Origin: Octopus sinensis
Lineage: Eukaryota
Assembly: GCF_006345805.1 (NCBI RefSeq)
Contig: NC_043022.1
Coordinates: 22,196,001 to 22,260,000 of the forward strand
Length of the DNA stretch: 64,000 nucleotides
Reading direction: 5' to 3'
Below, in pieces: positions 27,174 to 39,406 of this stretch. The position numbers and the translations under genes were made by a program. The number at the start of each line of letters is the position of its first letter. Position 1 is the first letter of the stretch. The notes beneath the pieces are model-generated. The model was given only the letters and a program-made list of their open reading frames with translations, did not search any database and was not told the origin of the DNA.

Positions 27174-27989
27174 GAGGCGCAATGGACCAGTGGTTAGGAC
27201 AGCGGACTCGCGATCATAGGATCGCGGTTTCGATTCCCAGACCGGGCGTTGTGAGTGTTTATTGAGCGAAAACACCTCAAGCTCCATGAGGCTCCGGCAG
27301 GGAGTGGTGGCGATCCCTGCTGTACTCTTTCGCCACAACTTTCTCTCACTCTTTCTTCTGTTGGCCTGCTCGCTTAGCCAGCGGTGTGGCGTCATTTGAA
27401 GGCTAAAACAATGCGAAGTGCATTGTGACCAGTGATGTTTAGCAACATCTGATGGCCTGGTCGGTCACGGTGATATATATATATATAAAATTTTTAATTT
27501 GGTAATAAAATACCTGAATCTCACCAAAGAAAAACATTAATTTACTTGAAAACTGGAGAGTTTGACAGATCAATCCACACATAATGGTTTAAGATAACAG
27601 AAATGAATAACACTGCTAATTATATAAAAGAAGAGAAGGCAAGGCATCAGTTCTCTCTAAAGATTTTGAAATCTACAACTGAATACCTCATACATCACAT
27701 CTGGCTCTTCTTGAAACTGATGAGGAATGGTGTATAAAACCTCAGAGAATATAAAATGCTGTTTTCCTTTGAGAGCTTCATTAGCAAAGAGAGATGTTTG
27801 TTTAAAAATAAATTGGTGGCGATAGTTTTACTTTGTTTTTGTCAACAAGCTACAAACAAAACACATGTACTCTTAAGCAAGATCAAATGGACAAGAGTGG
27901 AGTGGAAGATTTATTTTTTCCTGACATTCATTTGTGTGTGTGTGTGTGTGTGTGTTATATGTGCATATACACATATTTACATACATATG

Positions 27990-28743
27990 CATAAACACAT
28001 ATATATATATATATTTACAGAGATGTGTATATACATATATATGCACACATATATATATATATATTTACAGAGATGTGTATATACATCTACATGCACACAC
28101 ATATATATATTTACAGAGATGTGTATATGCATATACATGCATACACATATATATATATTTACAGAGATGTGTATATACATATACATGCACACACACATAT
28201 ATATATTACAGAGATGTGTATATACATATACATGCACACACATATATATATTTACAGAGATGTGTATATACATATACATGCACACACACATATATATATA
28301 TTTACAGAGATGTGTATATACATATACATGCACACACATATATTTACAGAGATGTGTATATACATATACATGCACACACATGTATATATTTACAGAGATG
28401 TGTATATACATATACATGCACACATATATATATATTTACAGAGATGTGTATATACATATACATGCACACACATATATATATATTTACAGAAATGTGTATA
28501 TACATGCACACACATATATATATATTTACAGAGATGTGTATATACATATACATGCACACACATATATATATATTTACAGAGATGTGTATATACATATACA
28601 TGCACACACACATATATATTTACAGAGATGTGTATATACATATACATGCACACACATATATATATATTTACAGAGACGTGTATATACATATACATGCACA
28701 CACATATATATATATTTACAGAGATGTGTATATACATATACAT

Positions 28744-28784
<41 letters not shown>

Positions 28785-28967
28785 CAGAGATGTGTATATA
28801 CATATACATGCACACACACATATATATATTTACAGAGATGTGTATATACATATACATGCACACACATATATATATATATATATTTACAGAGATGTGTATA
28901 TACATATACATGCACACACATACATATATATTTACAGAGATGTGTATATACATATACATGCACACAT
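27990..28967. repeat. Minisatellite, ~20 units of ~42-66 bp: (ta)n-tttacagagatgtgtatatacatatacatgca-(ca)n
   Basis: Nearly invariant core with variable microsatellite linker. Explains the stop-free ORFs in this region. Confidence 0.95.
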
Positions 28968-28989
28968 AGGTATATCTACAAACACACAA

Positions 28990-29020
<31 letters not shown>

Positions 29021-29394
29021 TGTGCATGCACGCGTGCGCATAGGGGCATTCAACCACTCCTACATATATTTCTTTCAGACAATGATAAAGGAGTGGGCCA
29101 AAACGTCTATGTTTAGTGACCTGATAATCTGAAACAAACAAACAAAAAATGTTATTGGCTGATGGTGAGGGTTTCAATTCAAAGCTTGGTGCAGTTGAGG
29201 AAATGGAAGACCCAAGTTTTTTGTCCATGTTATGTTTCTCTATAGAAATTGCACAATTAAATTGATATAACAATAAAAAAAGAAAAACATGTCTTTCTGA
29301 AAGACATGGTGGTATAATAAAGTAGGGTAAACACTCTGCAATGATACCTAGTACAGCCATAAATAGTTTTCCATAGGCTTTTGCACCTACAATA

Positions 29395-29905
29395 CCGTAA
29401 ATCCTCGAGCATAGTCTGCTCTTGAGTATAATATGCAGGGGATTTTTAGGGGGCTGTACCTCTGAAAAACTTAAACCTTGTGTATAATATGCACCCCTTC
29501 TCTAACTTGAGTCAAGGAGGTCTATATAACGTCCTTGGTTTGTAAAACTGTATACAGTAACATCCTTTATTATTATTGTATATATAACATAATGCAAACG
29601 TGTAGCTTTTTTGTGCATTTTGTTTGCAGAAAATAAAGAAATAACAGTAATAACGTTTAATAAATGTTGCTTATTGCAAGTTATGGATGATTCTTTTATG
29701 ACTTCATTGCTTTCAGGCTTAGCTTAAGATATTTTCGTGCCCTACATCACAAAATGCGTCTGAATAAACATTGCCAGGCAGCAAATAGAGACTCGGACAT
29801 TGCTTAGAAAATAATTTTCATTTTTAACCTTGTATATAGTAGCACTAGGGATTTTGACCTTTAAATTTTGGGGGTAAAATGCGGATTATACTCGAGGATT
29901 TATGA
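29395..29905. mobile_element. pogo/Tigger-like MITE with TA target site
   Basis: ta-ccgtaaatcctcgagcatagtc ... ggattatactcgaggatttatga-ta. Confidence 0.75.
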
Positions 29906-29990
29906 TACTTTCCTTTGTATCAGTCAGCTAATAACCTTCTGCATTGAATATCAGGTATTAACAGATCTAATTTCCCTATTTAACAATGGA

Positions 29991-30170
29991 ATGGAGTGTC
30001 AAAGGAAACATATCACTGTTGCTGGTCTGCACAAGGCAGGTCATGATGCATCTAACATTTTCACACTGCTTGAACCATTTGGAATTAGCAGAATGTTTGT
30101 ATATTTCACCATAAAGAGGCTTGCAGATCATCAGACTAGAGAGATGGAAATTTCACCCAGATCAATGTAT
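29991..30170 (+). mobile_element. Tc1/maT-like transposase N-terminal HTH fragment
   Basis: MECQRKHITVAGLHKAGHDASNIFTLLEPFGISRMFVYFTIKR. Confidence 0.5.
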
Positions 30171-32019
30171 TCAGCTACATTTTTTTGTTGTTTATTCCTT
30201 CTCGAGCCATGCCTGGCTCATAAGGGCCGGTTTCCCGGTTTCTTGGCGTATAGGTTCCCCACCTGGACGGGACGCCGGTCCATCGCAGGTGAGCTGCAAG
30301 ATGCAGGAGGAAAGAGTGAGAGAAAGTTGTGGCGAAAGAGTCAGCAGAAGTTTCGCCATTATCTTCTGCCGGAGCCATGTGGAGCTTAGGTGTTTTTGCT
30401 CATAAACACACACATCGCCCGGTCTGAGATTCGAACCCGTGATCCCTCGACCGCGAGTCCGCTGCTCTAACCACTAGGCCATGTGCCTCCACAAAAATAA
30501 ATGCACCCTTTTAAAGCCTAGCCAGGCTCATGGGCCCAGTTTCTATGATGTATGTGTTCCCCAGCTGGATGGGACGCCAGTCCATTGTAGCGTTACTCAT
30601 TTTTGCCAGCTGAGTGGACTGGAGCAACATGAAATGAAGTGTTTTGCTCAAGAACACAACATGTCGCTCAGTCCAGGAATCAAAACCACAATCTTACGAT
30701 CATGATGCTGACACCCTAACCACTAAGCCATGCGCCTCCACATTCAGCTACATTCCAAAGTCATGACTGCAATGGCATTGCTGCAGAGAATGGTCAACAA
30801 CACTCACTGCAGCAACCACTCCACCTCAGGGGCTAGTTTCCCAGAAGTGTTGCTGTTAGTCCAATTTTAAGGAGGAAATTAGTAGTGTAGGGGTCTGAGA
30901 ACATTCATATAATTCTTTGTTTATTGTCATGTTGGAAACCATATTAATTATATTAAATACAGCTATTTATTTCTTTTCTTTCCAATCCATATAGCGTACT
31001 ATGAGAAACATTGAAATTGTACAATCAACAATATCACCATGTGACTGTTAAATACATCACAACATCTCTCTGTATATAAACAGCAAAATATCTGTCTGTG
31101 TGTGTGTGTGTATCCTTTATACAAATCCACAATTTTTCAGTTAGAGGGCTCGCACTTTCTATGGTCATTCAAAACCGTCCAAGGGTGGTTATATATATAT
31201 ATATATATATATACATGTGGAGGTGCAATGGCCCAGTGGTTAGGGCAGCGGACTCGCGGTCATAGGATCGCGGTTTCGATTCCCAGACCGGGCGTTGTGA
31301 GTGTTTATTGAGCAAAAACACCTAAAGCTCCACGAGGCTCCGGCAGGGGACGGTGGTGATCCCTGCTGTACTCTTTCACCACAACTTTCTCTCACTCTTA
31401 CTTCCTGTTTCTGTTGTACCTGTATTTCAAAGGGCCGGCCTTGTCACTCTCTGTGTCACGCTGAATATCCCCGAGAACTACGTTAAGGGTACACGTGTCT
31501 GTGGAGTGCTCAGCCACTTACACGTTAATTTCACGAGCAGGCTGTTCTGTTGATCAGATCAACCGGAACCCTCGTCGTCGTAACCGACGGAGCGCTTCCA
31601 TATATATATACATATATATATATGTATACACATATATGTATACATCATATATACCATAGGCGTACAGTTCATCGAAGCAAGGGAAGCAATGCTTCCCTTA
31701 AAAATTATAGAAACAAAATTGAAACTATGTTACTTATTTCTCATAAGATCATTCTTCTAATGTTCTGTGATATTAATATAAACTACATGACATCATAGGC
31801 TTCAGACTTTTATTGTTGGAATTAGCACGAGACAACAAGCAGTGACAGATGACACAAAGAAATCTGTGCAAGGGAAGCAACACAACCTGTTGCATCCATT
31901 GCAGCATAATATCTAAACATTTTTTTTTTCCAATAAAAATGCCACAAAGACAATTTTTTTCTAGTAAGAGCAGATAATGAATAGTTTTAGATGCTAATAA
32001 ATACTAATACGCTTAGATT

Positions 32020-32338
32020 AAGAGATCTCTCGTGGAAGCGCCATCCAACCAAAATGCAAATATATGGGAAACTACCACCTGTGTCATCTCTTGTGAAAGG
32101 TAGGAGAGTCCAGTTTGCTGGACATTGTTGTAGAGCTGAAAACAAGGTAATTTCTACTCTTCTCCTCTAGAAGCCATCTACTCGCAATACCAGTGGGCGC
32201 ACACTCTCCTACACTGATGTAATCTCCAGGGATACAGGCATCCAGCAACAGGACCTCCGTAATGCTATGATGGACCGTGAAGTCTGGCGTAGCATGGTAA
32301 ATTCCATTGTCTCGACCACGGTCGAACAATGATGATGA
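32020..32338 (+). mobile_element. RTE-type LINE 3' end
   Basis: RRVQFAGHCCRAE...DLRNAMMDREVWRSMV then a (gat)n tail. Confidence 0.7.
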
Positions 32339-32449
32339 AGAGTTTCTGTCAATTCACAATACCTATGATATATATAATCTTACATTGTTATGTAACACTT
32401 ACATAGGAAAAGGGAAGCAAGTTGATGTTCTGCTTCCATCAGAAAAATG

Positions 32450-32860
32450 GTGAAAAGGTAACACACTCGTAGTTTTCTGCGTTTATTCAACATCAATATT
32501 TATTCAATATCAATATTTTATACTAAATCTCTGAATGAGGTATAAACAGTAACTGCACGAAAATGTGAGGTATATTTGCCATCTCAATATGGCTAACCAC
32601 TAAGGGTAGGTGTTACTGTAGCTTGTAGCCCCAGGAGAACATCTCCTCCAGCTGGCTATAGGCACACTTTCTGTGCCCTTATGGTATTTGCAAAGGGAGG
32701 TCATCCTTCCCTCGTTCACCTAAGTGATACGCACGGACTGCAGTTTCTGGGTATTGACCCGTCATCAGTGTACAAAAATCACCGGTTTTCGATGAAAGGG
32801 GTCCCAATGCAAATACTTATATCCTTTTTCCAGTAACCTTCGTCACTGATCTTGAAAAAG
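32450..32860 (-). mobile_element. Penelope-like pLTR/non-autonomous repeat with a hammerhead at 32731-32773
   Basis: Highly similar to 39200-39510. GUACA-CUGAUGA-CGGGU(CAAU)ACCCA-GAAA-CUGCAG-UC-CGUGC. Confidence 0.75.
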
Positions 32861-32907
32861 TGTAAGCAATATTTTATACTTTTATACATATATATATACA
32901 CGCACAC

Positions 32908-32951
<44 letters not shown>

Positions 32952-33972
32952 GCACACCACCCCCAAACTGGTACTTAATGAACTCCAAAAATACAAAAGG
33001 CAAAGTTTACCTCCGTAGGATTTGAACTCAAGAGTACAAATAACTGCAAGGCCTTGAAAATTCAACCCTCTAATGACTGATACTTCATTTAACAAACTAT
33101 TTCCCTCTCAACAACAGATTTGTGGCCTCATGAGTTGACATTCAGAAACATATGGGACAGTTTAACAGTCTCGCCTACAGATTGAACCAGGCGCAGGAGT
33201 GGCTGTGTGGTAAGTAGCTTGCTAACCAACCACACGGTTGCAGGTTCAGTCCCACTGCGTGGCATCTTGGGCAAGTGTCTTCTGCTATAGCCCCGGGCCG
33301 ACCAATGCCTTGTGAGTGGATTTGGTAGACGGAAACTGAAAGAAGCCTGTCGTATATATGTATATATATATGTATGTATGTGTGTGTGATTGTGTGTCTG
33401 TGTTTGTCCCCCTAGCACTGCTTGACAACCGATGCTGGTGTGTTTACGTCCCCGTCACTTAGCGGTTCGGCAAAAAGAGACCGATAGAATAAGTACTAAA
33501 AAGGTGGTGCTCCAGCATGGCCGCAGTCAAATGACTGAAACAAGTAAAAGAGTAAAAGAGTAGAGAAAGGGTTAAAAGACTGTCAGAGAAATGAAGTTAT
33601 GACTGCTTAAATGATGGAGTAGAAGAGACAAAGACAAGCTCACATGTAAACACATTCATGCATAAGTACATACACTTGTGAATACAATTACAAAAAAGCC
33701 CGAATAGTGATGGATAAAGACAAACACACAAAGATTGAGACACACACACACACATACATACATACAGCAGAAAGACTTATTTAAAGAAAAGAAAAAAGAA
33801 GAGATCAATGCTAAGGAAAGTAGAATGGAGATGAGGGTCGGTCTAATAAGACCAACAGAGGAAGTAGTAGCAGCAACAATACCGCAACCGTTACAGTTTT
33901 TACTTTATTAAAAATGAGTCATTTAAGGGTTATGAGAATGTAAGATACACAATGAGTCAAAATTAGATCATT

Positions 33973-34015
<43 letters not shown>

Positions 34016-34029
34016 ATGTATGTATATAT

Positions 34030-34500
34030 AATGAATTCTCTTGTTGTAAACAACAAATGAGGGTTCAGTAAAACAAAGCGTTAATTATATTCTATGGACA
34101 TGAATGTATCATCTTGAAGCCTGCTGATGCCTTGCAAACCTTTTGGCAAATGGGACGAGTTAAGGATTCAGTTTGCTTGGGTGCTTGTGGATCATTTATT
34201 ATTCGTTTTCTTGAGTGAACAGCAAGGCCTGCTTTGCTTCACGCCAGAAAAACCACAATGACAAGTAAGGTGTCCATTTAGAGGAACAATATTTTGCTAG
34301 TGTGCCTTCATGCTTCATGAAGTTGGTCCCGATGCTGGAATCAACTTTGCTCAAATTTTTTAACTGAGGATATCTTATGCTTAGTCAAGTGTGAAGGGCA
34401 GTGCCCATGGTCCTTAACAGGGTCTCTGAGACTGCTTCAAACCGAGAGGACTCTGCTTAGGTACCTAAGGTGCCAGGGGGTTGTGTTAAAGTGGGTGACA
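34030..34500 (-). mobile_element. Probable RTE-type LINE C-terminus with C2H2-like zinc fingers, decayed
   Basis: Minus reading CHCGFS..KAGLAVHSRK...PICQKVCKASAG. Confidence 0.4.
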
Positions 34501-34982
34501 GATGAAGTCAGTCTACCACTCAAGTAGGCCATGGTAGGATTTAAACTCAGCTGGCGAAGATTCTGCCTGGGGTTAAACTAGTAGTAACATTGAACAGCTG
34601 CTTTGATGTGATGAATGTCTTTACTTGTTAGTATAGTTACTACTCTGATCTCTTCTTGAGATTTTACCACTAGCTATTTTGATTGTTGCAAATCAGTGAC
34701 CAATGGTTGCTTTATTCTTTTATTCTTTTACTTGTTTCAGTCATTTGACTGCGGCCATGCTGGAGCACCAACCCCAAATCAAGCAAATCAACCCCAGAGC
34801 TAATTCTTTGTAAGCCTAGTACTTATTCTATCGGTCTCTTTTGCTGAACCGCTAAGTTATGGGGACATAAACACACCAACATCGGTTGTCAAGAGATGTT
34901 GGAGGGACAAACACAGACACACACATATATGATTTTGATTTTTCCAGTTTCAGCTTATGAGCTGTGGCCATGCTGGGGCACC

Positions 34983-35017
<35 letters not shown>

Positions 35018-35242
35018 GACAGGCTTCTTCCAGTTTCCATCTACCAAATCCACTCACAAGGCTTTGGTCGGCCTGAGGCTATAGTAGAAGACACTTGCCC
35101 AAGGTGCCACGCAGTGGGACTGAAACCATGACCATGTGGTTGGTAAGCAAGCTACTTACCACACAGCCACTCCTGCACCTATTTACAATATATTGTTAGT
35201 TGAAGCGGACTCTGGCTATCGCTCTGGTGGACAGGTGCTCAC

Positions 35243-35281
35243 GACTGAGGATGAGCCAAACGGCTCGAAACTGTGTCAGTC
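35243..35281 (+). ncRNA. Degenerate hammerhead-like motif
   Basis: GA-CUGAGGA-U-GAGCC(AAAC)GGCUC-GAAA-CUGU-GUC-AGUC. Stem I forms only if a CU dinucleotide was lost. Confidence 0.45.
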
Positions 35282-36510
35282 TCATGATCCTGTTACCTGC
35301 TAGAGGCTGGTAGGTGTTCCCCTGCTACGGAGTGGTTGGCGTTAGGAAGGGCATCCAGCTGTAGAAACTCTGCCAAATCAAGATTGGAGCATGGTCCAAC
35401 CATCTGGTTCACCAGCCCTCAGTCAAAATCGTCCAACCCATGCTAGCATGGAAAGCGAACGTTAAACGATGATGATGATGATGATGAAAGGGTGCAGAGT
35501 TGCACCAATAACCAGCTGGTGGTGAATCTGCCTGGGGTTAAACTAGTAGTGACATGGAAAAGCCACTTTGATGTGGTGACTGGCTTTACTTTTTATATTA
35601 AAAAACTAGAACTTAAAAATAACTTTCAAAAGTAGTAGACTGTGTTTTCGACTTGAACAACCAATTATAGCTAAAAGAATGAGGGTGCTACACTGACAGA
35701 TAAACTTTATAATACCTCCACACCTCCACACAGATGACTCAGCCACAAATGTTCAATTGTAAAAGATCTGCAGTGCCCAACCAGGTTGGGTGTTGGAGAT
35801 AATGTAGGATAATAGAGTAGAAACAGAGATGATGTAGGGGGGGGGAGAAGTCTGTAGGAGAGAAGGGATAGGGAAGAGTAGAGTTGGTGAGAGAAAGTGA
35901 AAGAGAACTAGAGAAGGGTTAGTGGTGGGAGAGAGTGGAGTGCAGCGAAAAAGGGGACAGAGAAGAGTGGTAGTGAGTGACAGAGGAGGAGGAAGAGAGG
36001 AGACTGAAGTGGGGGAGATAGAAAAGGAGTGAAATGTATGGGAGGAGAACAGGGGTGAGAGAGGATTTAGAGAGAAAATAATAGAAGTCAGAAGTGAGAG
36101 GGTTGAGATAAGCAAAAAAAAGAAGCGGGGTCTGAAAGTAGATAGATGAGAAGACAGTCATTTTGTATGATAACTTAGTGATTCTGATATCTCACAGTCC
36201 TTAACTGTAATAAAAGTAATTTCTAATTTCGGCACAAAGCCTACATTCTTGAGGAACAGGGTTGGTCAATGACATCAACCTCTTAGTAATTGATCTGCAT
36301 GTTATTCAGATGAAAGGTAAAGTTGATCTCAGAAGGATTTGAACTCAGAATACGAAGAGCTAGAATAAGCACCAAGGCATTTTGTCCAACACTAACACTA
36401 ACAGTTCTGCAAATCCACTTCCATAATAAGGTTTCTAGTATAGGCATAAAGCCTGAATTTTATTGGGGAGAGTGGATTACATTGCAGTAAGTCCTTGACT
36501 GGCACTTTAT

Positions 36511-36732
36511 TTAACCCTTTCATTACAAACCCGGCTCTGCCTCTGAGTACAAATATCTTGTTTTCATAAGTTTTGAATTAAAATCTTCCACTAAACCTTG
36601 GTCACAGTCAATGTTCCTAACACTACCTGAATGATAACAAAGTTATTTTACTAAATTCTTTGTTTTATTTGAAGTAATTGAAAGAAACACCGAGCATCTC
36701 AAAATAAACAAATACAGTAATGAAAGGGTTAA
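36511..36732. mobile_element. TTAA-flanked MITE, family 2
   Basis: ttaaccctttcattac ... gtaatgaaagggttaa. Copies at 25795-26023 and ~5415-6065. Confidence 0.85.
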
Positions 36733-37914
36733 TTGGTCCCAAAACGGTGAAAGGCAAAATTAAATGTGTAGGATTTGCACTCAGATCATAAAGAGCTGAA
36801 ACAAATACTGCCAAACAGTTTTTCCCAATGTTCCAACAATTCCGCCAATCTACTACCTTTATCTATACTATAATGAAGACAGCTGCTTATTAATTAGGTA
36901 TGTAAAAATTGCAAAAAGTACTAAAAGAAAATAATTATTAAAGAGTTGACCGACTCTCTCTTTTACTCTTTTACTTGTTTCAGTCATTTGACTGCAGCCA
37001 TGCTGGAGCACCACCTTCAGTCGAGCAAATCGACCCCAGGACTTATTCTTTGTAAGCCTAGTACTGATTCTATCAGTCTCTTTTGCCAAACCACTAAGTC
37101 ACAAGGACATAAACACACCAGCATCGGTCTACAAATCCACTCACAAGGTTTTGGTTGGCCCGAGGCTACAGTAGAAGACACTTGCCCAAGGTGCCACGCA
37201 GTGGGACTGAACCTGCAACTATGTGGTTCGTAAGCAAGCTACTTACCACACAGCCACTCCTATGCCTAATAACAATAATGGTTTCAAATTTTGGCAGAAG
37301 ACCAGCAATTTTAGGGAAAGAAGTTCTTCTTCCAAGTAAGTTAACATCAACTCCAGTGTTCAACTAGTACTTATTTCATCAACTCCAAAAGGATGAGAGA
37401 TACAGTTGACCTCAGAACGTAAAGACAGATGAAAGGCCCATTAAGCGGCAGATGAAATGCCATGCTAATGGTTCTGCCAGCACACCTCCTTGATGATAAT
37501 GATGATGGTGATGACAATAATGATGGTTTTTAAATTTTGGCACAAGGCCAGCAATTTTGAGGCAGGGGACTACTCATTTACATTGACTCCAGTGCTCAAA
37601 CTGTAATTATTTTATCAACCCCAAAAGGATGAAAGGCAAAGTCAACCTCAGTAAAATTCGAACTCATGATGTAATGATGGATGAAATACCATTAAACATT
37701 TTGTCTGGCATCTTACAAACTAGCCAGCTCACAATAATAATAATAATAATAATAATAATAATTAATTCGTTTATTGGCCACAAGGGCTGACAAAAATTAA
37801 TTAAAACAAAGGGACAAAACACAAGACGAAAGTTACAAAGGGTTTTGTCCGTTTGAAAAAAAACTTGTAAAAATTCCAGAGATAACAACAAAAATATAAC
37901 AATTGAAATTCCCA

Positions 37915-37959
<45 letters not shown>

Positions 37960-38932
37960 TAATCCTTTCTTCTATAGGCACAAGACCTGAAATGTTGAAG
38001 GAGGGGTGGTTGATTTCATCAACCCCAGTACTCAGCTGGTACTTGGTTGCTGTGACCTGGGTTGGAACTCAGCCATAAAAAAAAAAATCAATAGAAAAAT
38101 GTTTATTTTGTAACAAAAAAAAAAAGAAAAAAGTACATATGCCAAAGCAAACAGTAGAGTTTGGTGCAATCCTCTGGTTCACCAACTCTTATCAAACTGT
38201 ACACTATGCCAGCATAGGAAACAGACTTTAAATGATGATGATGATGATGATGATAAGGACAAAAAAAAAAAAACAACAGTAGGGATTTATATAGAATTGA
38301 GTAAAACATAAGAAAAACAACAGTGTAAAAGGAATAAACAGCTCCTTGTAGGCCCAAGCAGGAAATTCCAGATCAGTATCTGAAAATAGGCCCATTCACT
38401 TGGGCCATACCTATCTCTCTCAACCATCTTTCAGTAAATTCACTGGAGGTAGTGCACTCATTTTCACCCTAACCTTCCTCTTCAAGTAGAACTTGAAGTT
38501 GATAAGAGCTTGACCAAAATTAGTTGTTATCTATTTTGCTGTTACGTCAGTCTAATTAATGTAAAAGGAAATTGAGATACCAAAATGCGGATGGACCAGA
38601 AAATTCTAGTTTCTGGTACAAACTAGAATACAGAATTCTAGTTTGTACTTGGGAAGAGTACCACAGAATTCTAGTTTCTTTCTTTTACTCTCTTTTACTC
38701 TTTTACTTGTTTCAGTCTGCGGCCATGCTGGAGCACCGCCTTTAGTTGAGCAAATCGCCCCCGGGATTTATTTTTTGTAAGCCCAGTACTTATTCTATTG
38801 GTCTCTTTTGCTGAACCGCTAAGTGACGGGGACATAAACACACCAGCATCGGTTGTCAAGCAATGCTAGGGGGACATAAACACACCAGCATCGGTTGTCA
38901 AGCAATGCTAGGGGGACAAACACACACACACT

Positions 38933-39008
<76 letters not shown>

Positions 39009-39361
39009 GACAGGCTTCTTTCAGTTTTCCGTCTACCAAATCCACTCACAAGGCATTGGTCGGCCCGGGGCTATAGCAGAAGACACTTGCCCAAGATGCC
39101 ACGCAGTGGGACTGAACCCGGAACCATGTGGTTGGTTAGCAAGCTACTTACCACACAGCCACTCCTGCGCCTTTGTTTTTTTTTAATAATATTTTTGTTA
39201 GGTATACTTGCCATCTCAATATGGTTAACCACTAAGGGTGGGTGTTACTGTAACTTATAGCCCCAGGAGAACATCTCCTCCAGCTGGCTTTAGGCACACT
39301 TTCTATTCCCTTTCGGTATTTGCAAAGGGAGGTCATCCTTCCCTCATCCACCTAAGTGATA

Positions 39362-39406
39362 CGCACGGACTGCAGTTTCTGGGTATTGACCCATCATCAG
39401 CGTACG
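39362..39406 (-). ncRNA. Canonical minimal type I hammerhead ribozyme (element ~39200-39510)
   Basis: CGUACG-CUGAUGA-UGGGU(CAAU)ACCCA-GAAA-CUGCAG-UC-CGUGCG. Core intact, GUC cleavage triplet, palindromic stem III. Confidence 0.9.

Noticed and set aside
27717-27750. CTGATGAG as a hammerhead core
   Set aside because: No correctly placed GAAA or stems I and III. Other isolated CTGANGA hits (e.g. ~1662, ~59393, ~62073) were rejected for the same reason.
27990-28967. CRISPR-like repeat/spacer appearance
   Set aside because: The linkers are variable microsatellite rather than unique spacers, there are no cas genes, and the context is eukaryotic.
27756-29360. Long ORFs of up to 458 aa on both strands
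   Set aside because: Translations of a stop-poor minisatellite, with repetitive Y/I/H/T/C content in all frames.
38830-38920. 44-bp tandem duplication
   Set aside because: Simple slippage duplication inside one SINE A copy, with no sign of function.
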